Shown: piece after piece, positions 18,633-25,200 of the stretch | How the letters are laid out: every line of letters starts with the position of its first letter | Numbering within the stretch: position 1 is the stretch's first letter | Source of the DNA: Planctomycetia bacterium | GTDB taxonomy: Bacteria; Planctomycetota; Planctomycetia; Pirellulales; UBA7805 | Reading direction: 5' to 3' | Assembly: GCA_021413585.1 (NCBI GenBank) | Contig: JAIOQB010000260.1 | Span: 1 to 50,016, forward strand | DNA length: 50,016 bases | Translations under genes and position numbers: made by a program | The notes under the pieces: model-generated | Seen by the model: only the letters and a program-made list of their open reading frames with translations | Database searches by the model: none | What the model was told of the DNA's origin: nothing

Positions 18633-18719
18633 GGAAGTCATCCGGCTGGATGAGGACCCTGTCTCGAAAACAGGCGTCCCGATACATCGGGATTGTGGGT
18701 TCGAGTCCCACGGCTTCCG
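18633..18719 (+). tRNA. tRNA-Ser (CGA), type II
   Basis: CCTGT-CTCGAAA-ACAGG, long variable arm, GTGGGTTCGAGTCCCAC, 87 nt. Confidence 0.75.
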
Positions 18720-18722
18720 CAC

Positions 18723-18795
18723 AGTCCTGTGGCCTAGCGGCGAAGGCAGCTCCCTTACAAGGAGACGATCGGTGGTTCGAGTCCACCCAGGACTA
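18723..18795 (+). tRNA. tRNA-Val (TAC)
   Basis: perfect acceptor AGTCCTG/CAGGACT, loop CTTACAA, GGTGGTTCGAGTCCACC. Confidence 0.75.
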
Positions 18796-18837
18796 CTGCG
18801 AAATTGTACTCCTCACGCTCCGCGTGAGGGAAAGCAT

Positions 18838-18913
18838 GCAGGCTGTAGGCGGGAGACTGAAGACTGGAGGAAGAAATGATTTCCTCCAGTCTTCAGCCTC
18901 CAGTCTCAAGTCT
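18838..18913. repeat. inter-tRNA hairpin repeat H8 (itself flanked by short palindromes CCTCACGCTCCGCGTGAGG 18808-18826 and CATCACGCGGAGCGTGATG 18919-18937)
   Basis: gcaggctgtaggcgggagactgaagactggaggaagaaatgatttcctccagtcttcagcctccagtctcaagtctacc. Confidence 0.7.
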
Positions 18914-18949
18914 ACCCCAGGCATCACGCGGAGCGTGATGGGTACTATG

Positions 18950-19022
18950 GCCCAGGTACGCCAACGGCAGAGCGGCTCGGCTTAAACCCGAGTGATTGCA
19001 GGTTCGACTCCTGCGCTGGGCA
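18950..19022 (+). tRNA. tRNA with Leu anticodon TAA but type-I (short variable arm) body, A73
   Basis: GCCCAGG-TA-CGCCAACGGCAGAGCG-G-CTCGG-CTTAAAC-CCGAG-TGATT-GCAGGTTCGACTCCTGC-GCTGGGC-A; 73 nt. Confidence 0.6.
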
Positions 19023-19064
19023 CAGGGAGATGTGCGATGTGCGATGGTGGATGTAAAAACGCGG

Positions 19065-19137
19065 GCCCAGGTACGCCAACGGCTGAGCGGTCTGGCTTAG
19101 AACCAGATGTTTGCGAGTTCGAATCCCGCCCTGGGCA
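19065..19137 (+). tRNA. tRNA with Leu anticodon TAG, type-I body, A73
   Basis: GCCCAGG...TCTGG-CTTAGAA-CCAGA-TGTTT-GCGAGTTCGAATCCCGC-CCTGGGC-A; same D-arm family as 18950. Confidence 0.6.
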
Positions 19138-19183
19138 CTTACGTAGTTCTTCAATCGCAAATCATCAATCGCAAATCACAAAC

Positions 19184-19258
19184 GTCCTCGTGGAGCAGTC
19201 CGGAGTGCTCGTCTGGTTGTCAACCAGAAGATCGCGGGTTCAAATCCCGCCGGGGACG
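19184..19258 (+). tRNA. tRNA-Asp (GTC)
   Basis: GTCCTCG/CGGGGAC, TCTGG-TTGTCAA-CCAGA, GCGGGTTCAAATCCCGC. Confidence 0.8.
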
Positions 19259-19263
19259 CTGGC

Positions 19264-19346
19264 GGCAGGCTGGAGACTAGAGGCTGCAGGAAGGACGCGC
19301 ATCGCGTCCACTTCTACCTCCAGCCTACAGTCTCAAGCCTACAGCC
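19264..19346. repeat. inter-tRNA hairpin repeat H9
   Basis: ggcaggctggagactagaggctgcaggaaggacgcgcatcgcgtccacttctacctccagcctacagtctcaagcctacagcct. Confidence 0.7.
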
Positions 19347-19352
19347 TCTTGA

Positions 19353-19428
19353 AGCACGGTACGCAATCTGGAAAAGCGGCGAAGCTCAAACCTTCGTGAT
19401 TCTGTGGGTTCGACTCCCATCCGTGCTA
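19353..19428 (+). tRNA. tRNA with Leu anticodon CAA, type-I body, A73
   Basis: AGCACGG-TA-CGCAATCTGGAAAAGCGG-CGAAG-CTCAAAC-CTTCG-...GTGGGTTCGACTCCCAT-CCGTGCT-A. Confidence 0.6.
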
Positions 19429-19431
19429 CTA

Positions 19432-19517
19432 GCAGGCGGGAGACTTGAGGCTTGAGGGGTGAGAAAACAAAGCGCGTTCCATTTCCTCAGGCCTACAGCC
19501 TCAGGTCTCAAGCCTAT
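19432..19517. repeat. inter-tRNA hairpin repeat H10
   Basis: agcaggcgggagacttgaggcttgaggggtgagaaaacaaagcgcgttccatttcctcaggcctacagcctcaggtctcaagcct. Confidence 0.65.
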
Positions 19518-19522
19518 CCTCC

Positions 19523-19604
19523 GCGTCGGTTGGGCATTGGCAAGCCTCAGTGGCCGTAACCCACTCGCCTTCGGGCTTTGCAGGTTCAACTCCTGCCCGG
19601 CGCA
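19523..19604 (+). tRNA. tRNA-Tyr (GTA), type II
   Basis: AGTGG-CCGTAAC-CCACT, long variable arm CGCCTTCGGGC, GCAGGTTCAACTCCTGC. Confidence 0.7.
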
Positions 19605-19608
19605 CTGA

Positions 19609-19782
19609 CTAGGCTGCCTTTCGCATTGCCAGTTCGTGAATGATCAAACCGACCCCGACAAGGCAGAAACAAACGGCAGCGATAATTTTCCCAATACTGT
19701 GATCCCCGTTGGCGCTGATACCCAGAGCCGGGCCAACGGCACCGGCCAGCACGCCACCAATGAGGATCTTTAGCTTGTTCAT
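19609..19782 (-). CDS. small membrane protein (GlsB/YeaQ/YmgE transglycosylase-associated family-like), 57 aa
   Basis: MNKLKILIGGVLAGAVGPALGISANGDHSIGKIIAAVCFCLVGVGLIIHELAMRKAA; two hydrophobic helices with Gly-rich pattern; below the 60-aa ORF-track cutoff. Confidence 0.5.
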   Translation of the reverse strand: MNKLKILIGGVLAGAVGPALGISANGDHSIGKIIAAVCFCLVGVGLIIHELAMRKAA

Positions 19783-19872
19783 TCGGCGTCTATGACTTGA
19801 TTGTCATGGATCCTGCGGGACCAGTTCATTCATCATAACGCTCGTTGCAGGAGCCGCAAAGACAATAACTTA

Positions 19873-19945
19873 GGCCCGTTCGTCTATCGGTTGAGGACAC
19901 CAGCCTCTCAAGCTGGAAAGATGGGTTCGATTCCCATACGGGTCA
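19873..19945 (+). tRNA. tRNA-Glu (CTC)
   Basis: paralog of 16749 tRNA; CCAGC-CTCTCAA-GCTGG; GGGTTCGATTCCCAT. Confidence 0.75.
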
Positions 19946-19949
19946 CTGA

Positions 19950-20034
19950 GGCAGGCTGGAGGCGTGAGACTGGAGGTGGGAGGAAACTGCACTCGTTCTA
20001 CAGACTCCAGCCTCAAGCCTACGGCCAGACGATG
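19950..20034. repeat. inter-tRNA hairpin repeat H11
   Basis: gcaggctggaggcgtgagactggaggtgggaggaaactgcactcgttctacagactccagcctcaagcctacggcc. Confidence 0.65.
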
Positions 20035-20101
20035 CAGGGGGGCAGGTGCCCAACTGGCTTTCATATGGCCGGTGCGCCCGGTTCGATACCGGGACCTGCA
20101 A
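20030..20101 (+). other. tRNA-like remnant (perfect T-arm and 6-bp acceptor pairing, no canonical D/anticodon arms)
   Basis: ...gcaggtgcccaactggctttcatatggccggtgcgCCCGGTTCGATACCGGGacctgca. Confidence 0.3.
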
Positions 20102-20165
20102 CTAGCAAATGCCGCCGCCGACCTGTGAGGGAGGATGAAGGCCGCACGCGGAAGCAGCGACATGA

Positions 20166-20234
20166 CGCGGGTGGGCCAGTGCTCAACGAGGTCTCATAAG
20201 CCTCGTCCGCCGGGTGCGACCCCCGGACCCGCCA
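20166..20234 (+). tRNA. tRNA-Met (CAT); variant T-loop TGCGACC
   Basis: GAGGT-CTCATAA-GCCTC anticodon arm; CCGGG-TGCGACC-CCCGG; 6-bp acceptor. Confidence 0.5.
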
Positions 20235-20240
20235 CTGACA

Positions 20241-20318
20241 GAGGCTGGAGACTGGAGGCTTGAGGCGGGGGGCACAAAAGCAGTTTTCCTACAGCCTACA
20301 GTCTCAAGCCTTCAGCCT
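20241..20318. repeat. inter-tRNA hairpin repeat H12
   Basis: gaggctggagactggaggcttgaggcggggggcacaaaagcagttttcctacagcctacagtctcaagccttcagcct. Confidence 0.7.
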
Positions 20319-20324
20319 AAACAC

Positions 20325-20401
20325 GACCGGGTACGCAAACTTGGCAAAGCGATCACGTCGAGAGCGTGATGATTTTGTGGGTTCGACGCCCACCCCGGTT
20401 A
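20325..20401 (+). tRNA. tRNA with Leu anticodon GAG, type-I body, A73
   Basis: GACCGGG-TA-CGCAAACTTGGCAAAGCG-ATCACG-TCGAGAG-CGTGAT-...GTGGGTTCGACGCCCAC-CCCGGTT-A. Confidence 0.55.
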
Positions 20402-20405
20402 CTGA

Positions 20406-20490
20406 AGCAGGCTTGAGGCTGAAGGCTATAGGCTGAAGGAAAAAACGTCATCCGTAAATCCCTCCAGCCTAAAGTCTCAAGCCTCATGCC
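20406..20490. repeat. inter-tRNA hairpin repeat H13
   Basis: agcaggcttgaggctgaaggctataggctgaaggaaaaaacgtcatccgtaaatccctccagcctaaagtctcaagcctcatgcct. Confidence 0.65.
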
Positions 20491-20497
20491 TATCAAC

Positions 20498-20568
20498 GGG
20501 CTGCTCGTCCAACGGGAAGACCCCTGGCTTGCAACCAGGAAATCGGGGTTCAACTCCCCGGCAGTCCA
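20498..20568 (+). tRNA. tRNA-Ala (TGC) with G3:U70
   Basis: GGGCTGC/GCAGTCC acceptor carries the Ala identity pair G3:U70; CCTGG-CTTGCAA-CCAGG; CGGGGTTCAACTCCCCG. Confidence 0.75.
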
Positions 20569-20573
20569 CTGAG

Positions 20574-20647
20574 AGAGGCTGGAGGCTAGAGACCTGAGGC
20601 GGGAGGAAGAAACGTCCTCATGCCTACAGCCTCAAGTCTCAAGCCTG
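20574..20647. repeat. inter-tRNA hairpin repeat H14
   Basis: gagaggctggaggctagagacctgaggcgggaggaagaaacgtcctcatgcctacagcctcaagtctcaagcct. Confidence 0.7.
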
Positions 20648-20651
20648 AAAC

Positions 20652-20741
20652 GGAAGGTAGCCGGATACGGCTAGCCGGGCCGGTTTGCTAAACCGTGCGA
20701 CCCCGAAAGGGGTCATGAGGGTTCGAATCCCTTGCCTTCCG
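20652..20741 (+). tRNA. tRNA-Ser (GCT), type II
   Basis: CCGGT-TTGCTAA-ACCGT, variable arm GCGACCCCGAAAGGGGTCAT, GAGGGTTCGAATCCCTT; 90 nt. Confidence 0.75.
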
Positions 20742-20748
20742 CTTTTTG

Positions 20749-20827
20749 CAGGCTGGAGACTTGAGGCGGGACGAAGAAAAGGCAAAACACCTTCGTCCTC
20801 CAGCCTACAGTCTCAAGTCTCAAGCCT
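20749..20827. repeat. inter-tRNA hairpin repeat H15
   Basis: gcaggctggagacttgaggcgggacgaagaaaaggcaaaacaccttcgtcctccagcctacagtctcaagtctcaagcct. Confidence 0.7.
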
Positions 20828-20833
20828 GCCCAC

Positions 20834-20908
20834 GGTGTCTGTAGTGTAGCGGTTTCTGCACGTCTGGCTGTGAACCAGAAGGTGGCGGTTCGACTCCGCC
20901 CAGATACC
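20834..20908 (+). tRNA. tRNA-His (GTG) with genomically encoded G-1 opposite C73
   Basis: g-GTGTCTG...TCTGG-CTGTGAA-CCAGA...GGCGGTTCGACTCCGCC-CAGATAC-C. Confidence 0.8.
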
Positions 20909-21050
20909 CCTATGAAGAAAATGACGAATGTCTAAGCACGAATGACGAAGAATGGGCGCGAACTTATTGCCGCCCTGCTTCGTCAGTAGGGCATTCGGAC
21001 TTCCTTCGACATTCGGATTTAGAAATTAGTCGTTAGATATTGGAACCACC

Positions 21051-21647
21051 ATGATTCCCAAGGTACTTCAGCGCCCGACTTTGGTGCTTAACCGCAACTG
21101 GCAGCCTGTCAGCGTGGCCACGGTGGCCCGCGCGCTGGTGATGCTGTGGAACGAGACGGCCCGCGTGGTGGACCCAGCTGACTTTCGGCTCTATAGCTGG
21201 GCCGATTGGTCGCGGCTGGCTCCGCGCGAGGGGGACGCCGTCGTGCGGGGCTGTTCGCTGCACTTGCGGGCGCCGGAAGTGGTTGCGCTGAGCGACTACG
21301 ACCGGTTGCCGACGGCGGCCGTGACGTTCAGCCGGCGGAACATCTTCAAGCGGGACCACTACACCTGTCAGTATTGCGCTGCCCAGCCGGGAAGCGAGGA
21401 GCTGACGCTGGACCACGTGGTGCCGCGCTCGCAAGGTGGCCAGTCGAGCTGGACGAACTGTGTGCTGGCGTGCGTGGAGTGCAACCGACGGAAGGCTGAC
21501 CGGACTCCCGATCAGGCGCGAATGCACCTGCGCAAGCCGCCGATCCGCCCGACCTGGAAGCCGCTCTACGCGCAGCACCGGGTGCGGATCGAAAGCTGGT
21601 CCAAGTTCGTCAGCGAGGCGTACTGGAACATTAGGCTTGAGACTTGA
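21051..21647 (+). CDS. HNH endonuclease
   Basis: 198 aa; ...HYTCQYCAAQPGSEELTLDHVVPRSQGGQSSWTNCVLACVECNRRKADRTP = HNH motif with Zn-binding cysteines; sits inside the tRNA array. Confidence 0.85.
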   Translation: MIPKVLQRPTLVLNRNWQPVSVATVARALVMLWNETARVVDPADFRLYSWADWSRLAPREGDAVVRGCSLHLRAPEVVALSDYDRLPTAAVTFSRRNIFKRDHYTCQYCAAQPGSEELTLDHVVPRSQGGQSSWTNCVLACVECNRRKADRTPDQARMHLRKPPIRPTWKPLYAQHRVRIESWSKFVSEAYWNIRLET

Positions 21648-21726
21648 GGCTGGAGACTGGAGGAAAGTAGAAAAGAAAAGTCGTCCCTATTCTTCCTCCA
21701 GCCTACAGTCTCAAGCCTACAGCCTG
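21636..21726. repeat. inter-tRNA hairpin repeat H16 (begins within last codons of HNH gene)
   Basis: ggcttgagacttgaggctggagactggaggaaagtagaaaagaaaagtcgtccctattcttcctccagcctacagtctcaagcctacagcct. Confidence 0.7.
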
Positions 21727-21734
21727 CCCGTGTC

Positions 21735-21830
21735 AGGCTGGAGGAGTAAGGCTGGAGACTGGAGGAAAGGGAAGGGGATCGAATCGGCTTCGTATCTTTC
21801 CTCCCGCCTACAGTCTTCAGCCTACAGCCT
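21735..21830. repeat. inter-tRNA hairpin repeat H17
   Basis: caggctggaggagtaaggctggagactggaggaaagggaaggggatcgaatcggcttcgtatctttcctcccgcctacagtcttcagcctacagcct. Confidence 0.7.
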
Positions 21831-21836
21831 CCCCAC

Positions 21837-21906
21837 ACGAGCGTGCTCCTGGGTGAGCAGCCAGCCTCCAAAACTGGCGCACGGGGTTCGACTCAACGCG
21901 CTCGTG
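21837..21906 (+). tRNA. tRNA-Trp (CCA), imperfect T-stem and 31:39 C.A
   Basis: ACGAGCG/CGCTCGT perfect acceptor, D-stem GCTC/GAGC, CCAGC-CTCCAAA-ACTGG, GGTTCGACTC T-loop. Confidence 0.5.
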
Positions 21907-21910
21907 CTTT

Positions 21911-21985
21911 TGAGGCTGGAGGCTGGAGACCTGAGGCTGGAGGATGAAAAACCTCTCAAGTCTCACAACTCAGACCTCAAGACTA
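21911..21985. repeat. inter-tRNA hairpin repeat H18
   Basis: gaggctggaggctggagacctgaggctggaggatgaaaaacctctcaagtctcacaactcagacctcaagactacc. Confidence 0.65.
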
Positions 21986-21989
21986 CCAC

Positions 21990-22063
21990 GCCGACGTGGC
22001 TCGACTGAGAAAGGCGCCTGTCTTGTAAACAGGACCATGCTGTTGCGAATACAGTCGTCGGCC
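21990..22063 (+). tRNA. tRNA-Thr (TGT); T-loop variant TGCGAAT
   Basis: perfect acceptor GCCGACG/CGTCGGC, CCTGT-CTTGTAA-ACAGG, GCTGT-TGCGAAT-ACAGT. Confidence 0.65.
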
Positions 22064-22148
22064 CCATACCCAACCATCCCGATGGTTCAATTCCCGGTCG
22101 GGGTAGTAACGCAACCAATGAAACCAAGAGAAACAAAGATGATCGCAT

Positions 22149-22220
22149 GGCCCGTTGGTGTTCTGGATGGCATTGCAGCCTCCGAAGCTGCAGGATCAGG
22201 TTCGATTCCTGGACGGGCTA
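22149..22220 (+). tRNA. tRNA-Arg (CCG)
   Basis: GGCCCGT/ACGGGCT acceptor, GCAGC-CTCCGAA-GCTGC, TCAGGTTCGATTCCTGG. Confidence 0.6.
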
Positions 22221-22242
22221 CTCATGGCGATGGACGTGCATC

Positions 22243-22644
22243 ATGGAGACATTCATTCGTTTTCAAACCTCGATAAGGTGTACCTTCACCGGTAGGCCAT
22301 TGGGTATTTTTCGCGCGGCGGGTTACGTCAAGCACGCATACCGGATCTCAAGCGACACCGCTGAGCGGATTCAGGAAGCGATTGCGTGGTTCAATGTAAA
22401 CTTGCCGGCACCGACGCTGCATGGCAGAAAAGCTCCCCGCAGTCTGTTCTGGTTTCGATCGGACGCGGCGGAGGCTGTTGTCCGGGCGAGCGACCTCATT
22501 GAACTGCTGCAAGCCGAAGACGTGGAAGTTGAAGCGCAGCGAACGGCAACCCCGGGAGCGATCGTTTACTCGGACGTAATGCAAGTTGCCGCGATACCAG
22601 ACAGGAAGCTACGACGATTTACCATCCATGCCCTGCGAGTGTGA
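22243..22644 (+). CDS. hypothetical protein (133 aa) embedded in tRNA array
   Basis: Listed ORF 22147-22644 overlaps tRNA-Arg(CCG); first ATG downstream of the tRNA is 22243 (METFIRFQ...); no recognisable domain. Confidence 0.35.
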   Translation: METFIRFQTSIRCTFTGRPLGIFRAAGYVKHAYRISSDTAERIQEAIAWFNVNLPAPTLHGRKAPRSLFWFRSDAAEAVVRASDLIELLQAEDVEVEAQRTATPGAIVYSDVMQVAAIPDRKLRRFTIHALRV

Positions 22645-22701
22645 CGGACGGCACAGCAGAATTCGAATCTGCAAGACGGGGTTCGACTCCTCGGCGGGGA
22701 A
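22630..22701 (+). tRNA. tRNA-Arg (TCG)
   Basis: GCAGA-ATTCGAA-TCTGC anticodon arm, CGGGGTTCGACTCCTCG T-arm; 1:72 mismatch. Confidence 0.5.
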
Positions 22702-22708
22702 CTGGGAC

Positions 22709-22783
22709 AGGCTGGAGGCTGGAGGCTGTAGGCTGAAGGAAGTTGGAACCTCTTCTTCCTCCAGTCTCCAGCCTACAGCCTAA
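22709..22783. repeat. inter-tRNA hairpin repeat H19
   Basis: caggctggaggctggaggctgtaggctgaaggaagttggaacctcttcttcctccagtctccagcctacagcct. Confidence 0.7.
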
Positions 22784-22786
22784 CAC

Positions 22787-22859
22787 GTCCTCGGAGTGTG
22801 CCGGAGTCGCACGCGACATTGCGAAGGTCGAAGATTGGGTTCGATTCCCAACGAGGGCA
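22787..22859 (+). tRNA. tRNA-Arg (GCG)
   Basis: GTCCTCG/CGAGGGC acceptor, CGACA-TTGCGAA-GGTCG, TTGGGTTCGATTCCCAA. Confidence 0.55.
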
Positions 22860-22974
22860 TTTTTATGCAAGCAACATGGTGCCGCCGGGCCAGCGGCACA
22901 CTGACTCGGCGCCGAGCATGCTCGGTGGCCGGCGCGGTGTGTTCCGGACATGGGATATAACGAGGGCGGCGCCA

Positions 22975-23048
22975 GCGTGGTTAGCTCAGTTGGAATGAGC
23001 ACCAGATTCACACTCTGGCTGTCACGGGTTCGACTCCCGTACCACAAC
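22975..23048 (+). tRNA. tRNA-Val (CAC)-like, possible pseudogene (two acceptor-stem mismatches)
   Basis: canonical D-arm TAGCTCAGTTGGAATGAGC, CCAGA-TTCACAC-TCTGG, perfect T-arm ACGGGTTCGACTCCCGT, but acceptor GCGTGGT vs ACCACAA pairs only 5/7. Confidence 0.45.
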
Positions 23049-23490
23049 GCAGGCTGAACACCTGCTCGATGCGTGCGAAAGCGCGCACCACCAAGCCCAA
23101 GGGCGGCGGGCGTTTGATCGGTCGGCCATTGCCAGGGCCATGTGTTGTCGAAGGCGGGGCTTCCAACGAGCGGACTTCGGTCCGCTTCAGGTTGAACCTG
23201 CAAGAGACTCCTGTGTCTTGGCAGTGGCAGCATGGACGAGTGCCATGTAGTGCGTGGATTCAGCTTTCACACGCCAGCGGAAGATGACGGACGAAGCCGG
23301 CTCGGAGGTCAGCGTGCAATGCACGTTGGCCGAAGTGCCGGAAGAAGCCGCCTGACACCGGTGGCACGTGGCAGCTCAAGCAGCACTCCGCTACTCGCGC
23401 CGTGTGACCGGCAAACGCTTTGTCTCCTGAGGGTATTTTTCAAACAACCGTTTTTCTTCATAGTGTCTGTGCGTTGAAAGTAGGTGGTAT

Positions 23491-24597
23491 ATGGTGTTCC
23501 TGAAGCGAATCAAGATCCGCAGCTACGAAATCGGCCTGCTTTTCAAGAGTGGCGAGTTCAAGGGCCTGCTGGCTGAGGGGACGCACTGGCTGCTTGACCC
23601 GTTTGGCCGGGTCCGCGTCGAGGTCGTCTCGCAGCGGCAGCCGTGGCTGGCGCACGAGAAGCTCGATCTGATCGTCAAGTCGGGTGCGCTGGCCGCCCGC
23701 GCTGAGGTTCTGGACCTGAAGGACCACCAGCGGGCCCTGGTCTGGATCGACGGTCGGTTCAGCCATGTGCTGCCGCCGGGTCAGTTCGCCTACTGGACTG
23801 GCAAGAGAGACGTGAAGGTCGAAGTGGTCGACGCGCGGACGGTGCGCTTCGAGCACGCGGACCTGAAGGTCATCACCCGGTCGCCTATGGCGGACCGACT
23901 GCTGGACGTCTGCGCGCTCGAGCGGAACCATGTCGGTGTCCTGTTCCAGGACGGCCGTTATGTGGACACGCTCGCGCCGGGCCTGTACGCCTTCTGGCGG
24001 AACACGCAGGAGGCGAAGCTCGTCGAGCTGGACATGCGCGAAACGATCATCGACGTCGGTGGTCAGGACATCATGACCAACGATAAGGTCACGCTGCGGC
24101 TGAACGCCGTGGTGGCGTACCGCATCGTCGATGCTCGGCAGTCGGTCATCGCGACCGATGACGCCAAGCAGGCTCTGTACCGCGAGGCGCAGCTCGCGCT
24201 GCGCGCGGTCGTCGGCGCTCGGGAGTTGGACGCGTTCTTGACCGATAAGGACACGGTGGCTCGCGAGGTCGAGGAGCAGCTTCGCGTCCGCGCCGGCCAG
24301 TTGGGTCTGGAGGTCGCTTCGGTAGGTGTGCGCGACATCATCCTGCCAGGCGAGATGAAGGACCTGATGAACAAGGTCACGGAGGCCAAGAAGGCCGCCG
24401 AGGCCAACCTGATTGTCCGTCGCGAGGAAACGGCCGCCATGCGCAGCCAGGCCAACACGGCCCGACTGCTGGCCGACAACCCGACGCTCATGCGCCTGCG
24501 TGAGCTCGAAGTTCTCGAAAAGGTCGCCACGTCGAGCAAGCTCAACGTGATCCTGGGCGAGAAGGGGTTGGCGGATCGCGTGGTCAATCTGTTGTAG
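23491..24597 (+). CDS. SPFH/Band-7 domain protein (slipin-like)
   Basis: 368 aa; central DNVTLRLNAVVAYRIVDARQSVI...ALYREAQLALRAVVG and coiled-coil C-term typical of SPFH family. Confidence 0.75.
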   Translation: MVFLKRIKIRSYEIGLLFKSGEFKGLLAEGTHWLLDPFGRVRVEVVSQRQPWLAHEKLDLIVKSGALAARAEVLDLKDHQRALVWIDGRFSHVLPPGQFAYWTGKRDVKVEVVDARTVRFEHADLKVITRSPMADRLLDVCALERNHVGVLFQDGRYVDTLAPGLYAFWRNTQEAKLVELDMRETIIDVGGQDIMTNDKVTLRLNAVVAYRIVDARQSVIATDDAKQALYREAQLALRAVVGARELDAFLTDKDTVAREVEEQLRVRAGQLGLEVASVGVRDIILPGEMKDLMNKVTEAKKAAEANLIVRREETAAMRSQANTARLLADNPTLMRLRELEVLEKVATSSKLNVILGEKGLADRVVNLL

Positions 24598-24750
24598 GGA
24601 AGCTATTGGCTGTCGGCTGTCGGCTTTCAGTGGTCGACAACATCGCCCCCGGTTCCAGCAATGGACCGGGGGCGTTTTTATGCGCCCCTTAGGGCGTGGT
24701 ATCATGGGCAGACTCTGAACTGGTCACTGGAATAGTTGAGGATCAGCGTG

Positions 24751-25200
24751 ATGCAAATCTGGGTAGATGCCGACGCCTGCCCCGGCGTGATCAAGGAGTT
24801 GCTATTCCGCGCCGCGAATCGAACCAAGACCAAGGTCACGCTGGTCGCCAACCAACCCATGCACACGCCGCGCTCCGAGTTCATCGACCGCTTGCTCGTC
24901 CCCGGGGGGATGAACGTCGCTGACCGGCGCATTGTGGAATTGGTCGAGCCGGGCGATCTGGTGATTACGGCTGACATTCCGCTGGCTGCGGACGTGGTCG
25001 CCAAAGGGGGGCAGGCTCTCAACCCACGCGGCGAGTTGTACACTCATGCCAACGTCGGCGAGCGGCTGGCGGTGCGGAATCTGTTGGATGAACTGCGCGG
25101 AGGGGGCCAGATCACGGGAGGACCGGCGAACTTCAACGCCAAGGATCGCCAGGCGTTCGCCAATCAACTCGATCGCTGGCTGACCGCGGCGACGAGATAA
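24751..25200 (+). CDS. yaiI: YaiI/YqgE (UPF0178/DUF188) family protein
   Basis: [34 protein letters not shown]...[17 protein letters not shown] matches DUF188 signature. Confidence 0.8.
   Translation: MQIWVDADACPGVIKELLFRAANRTKTKVTLVANQPMHTPRSEFIDRLLVPGGMNVADRRIVELVEPGDLVITADIPLAADVVAKGGQALNPRGELYTHANVGERLAVRNLLDELRGGGQITGGPANFNAKDRQAFANQLDRWLTAATR

Noticed and set aside
16183-18879. ORF-track entries across the tRNA array (for example 16183-16950 minus, 17992-18402 plus, 18463-18879 plus, 18490-18786 minus, 18992-19399 plus, 21436-22008 plus)
   Set aside because: They overlap multiple well-folded tRNA genes and hairpin repeats on either strand. Their translations are repetitive (AGGCTG-derived) with no protein-like composition.
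16666-22783. Considered the AGGCTG-rich repeats as a CRISPR array
   Set aside because: The units are internally palindromic and degenerate, of variable length, separated by tRNA genes rather than by uniform-length unique spacers. No cas genes are nearby.
23458-24705. 415-aa minus-strand ORF opposite the SPFH gene, and similar antisense ORFs opposite GH2 (25864-27495), GH127 (27794-28837), the Rsr gene (33433-34125, 34032-34959) and the AAA gene (35711-36097)
   Set aside because: In each case the + strand ORF has recognisable family motifs and start context. The antisense ORFs are compositionally biased and domain-less.
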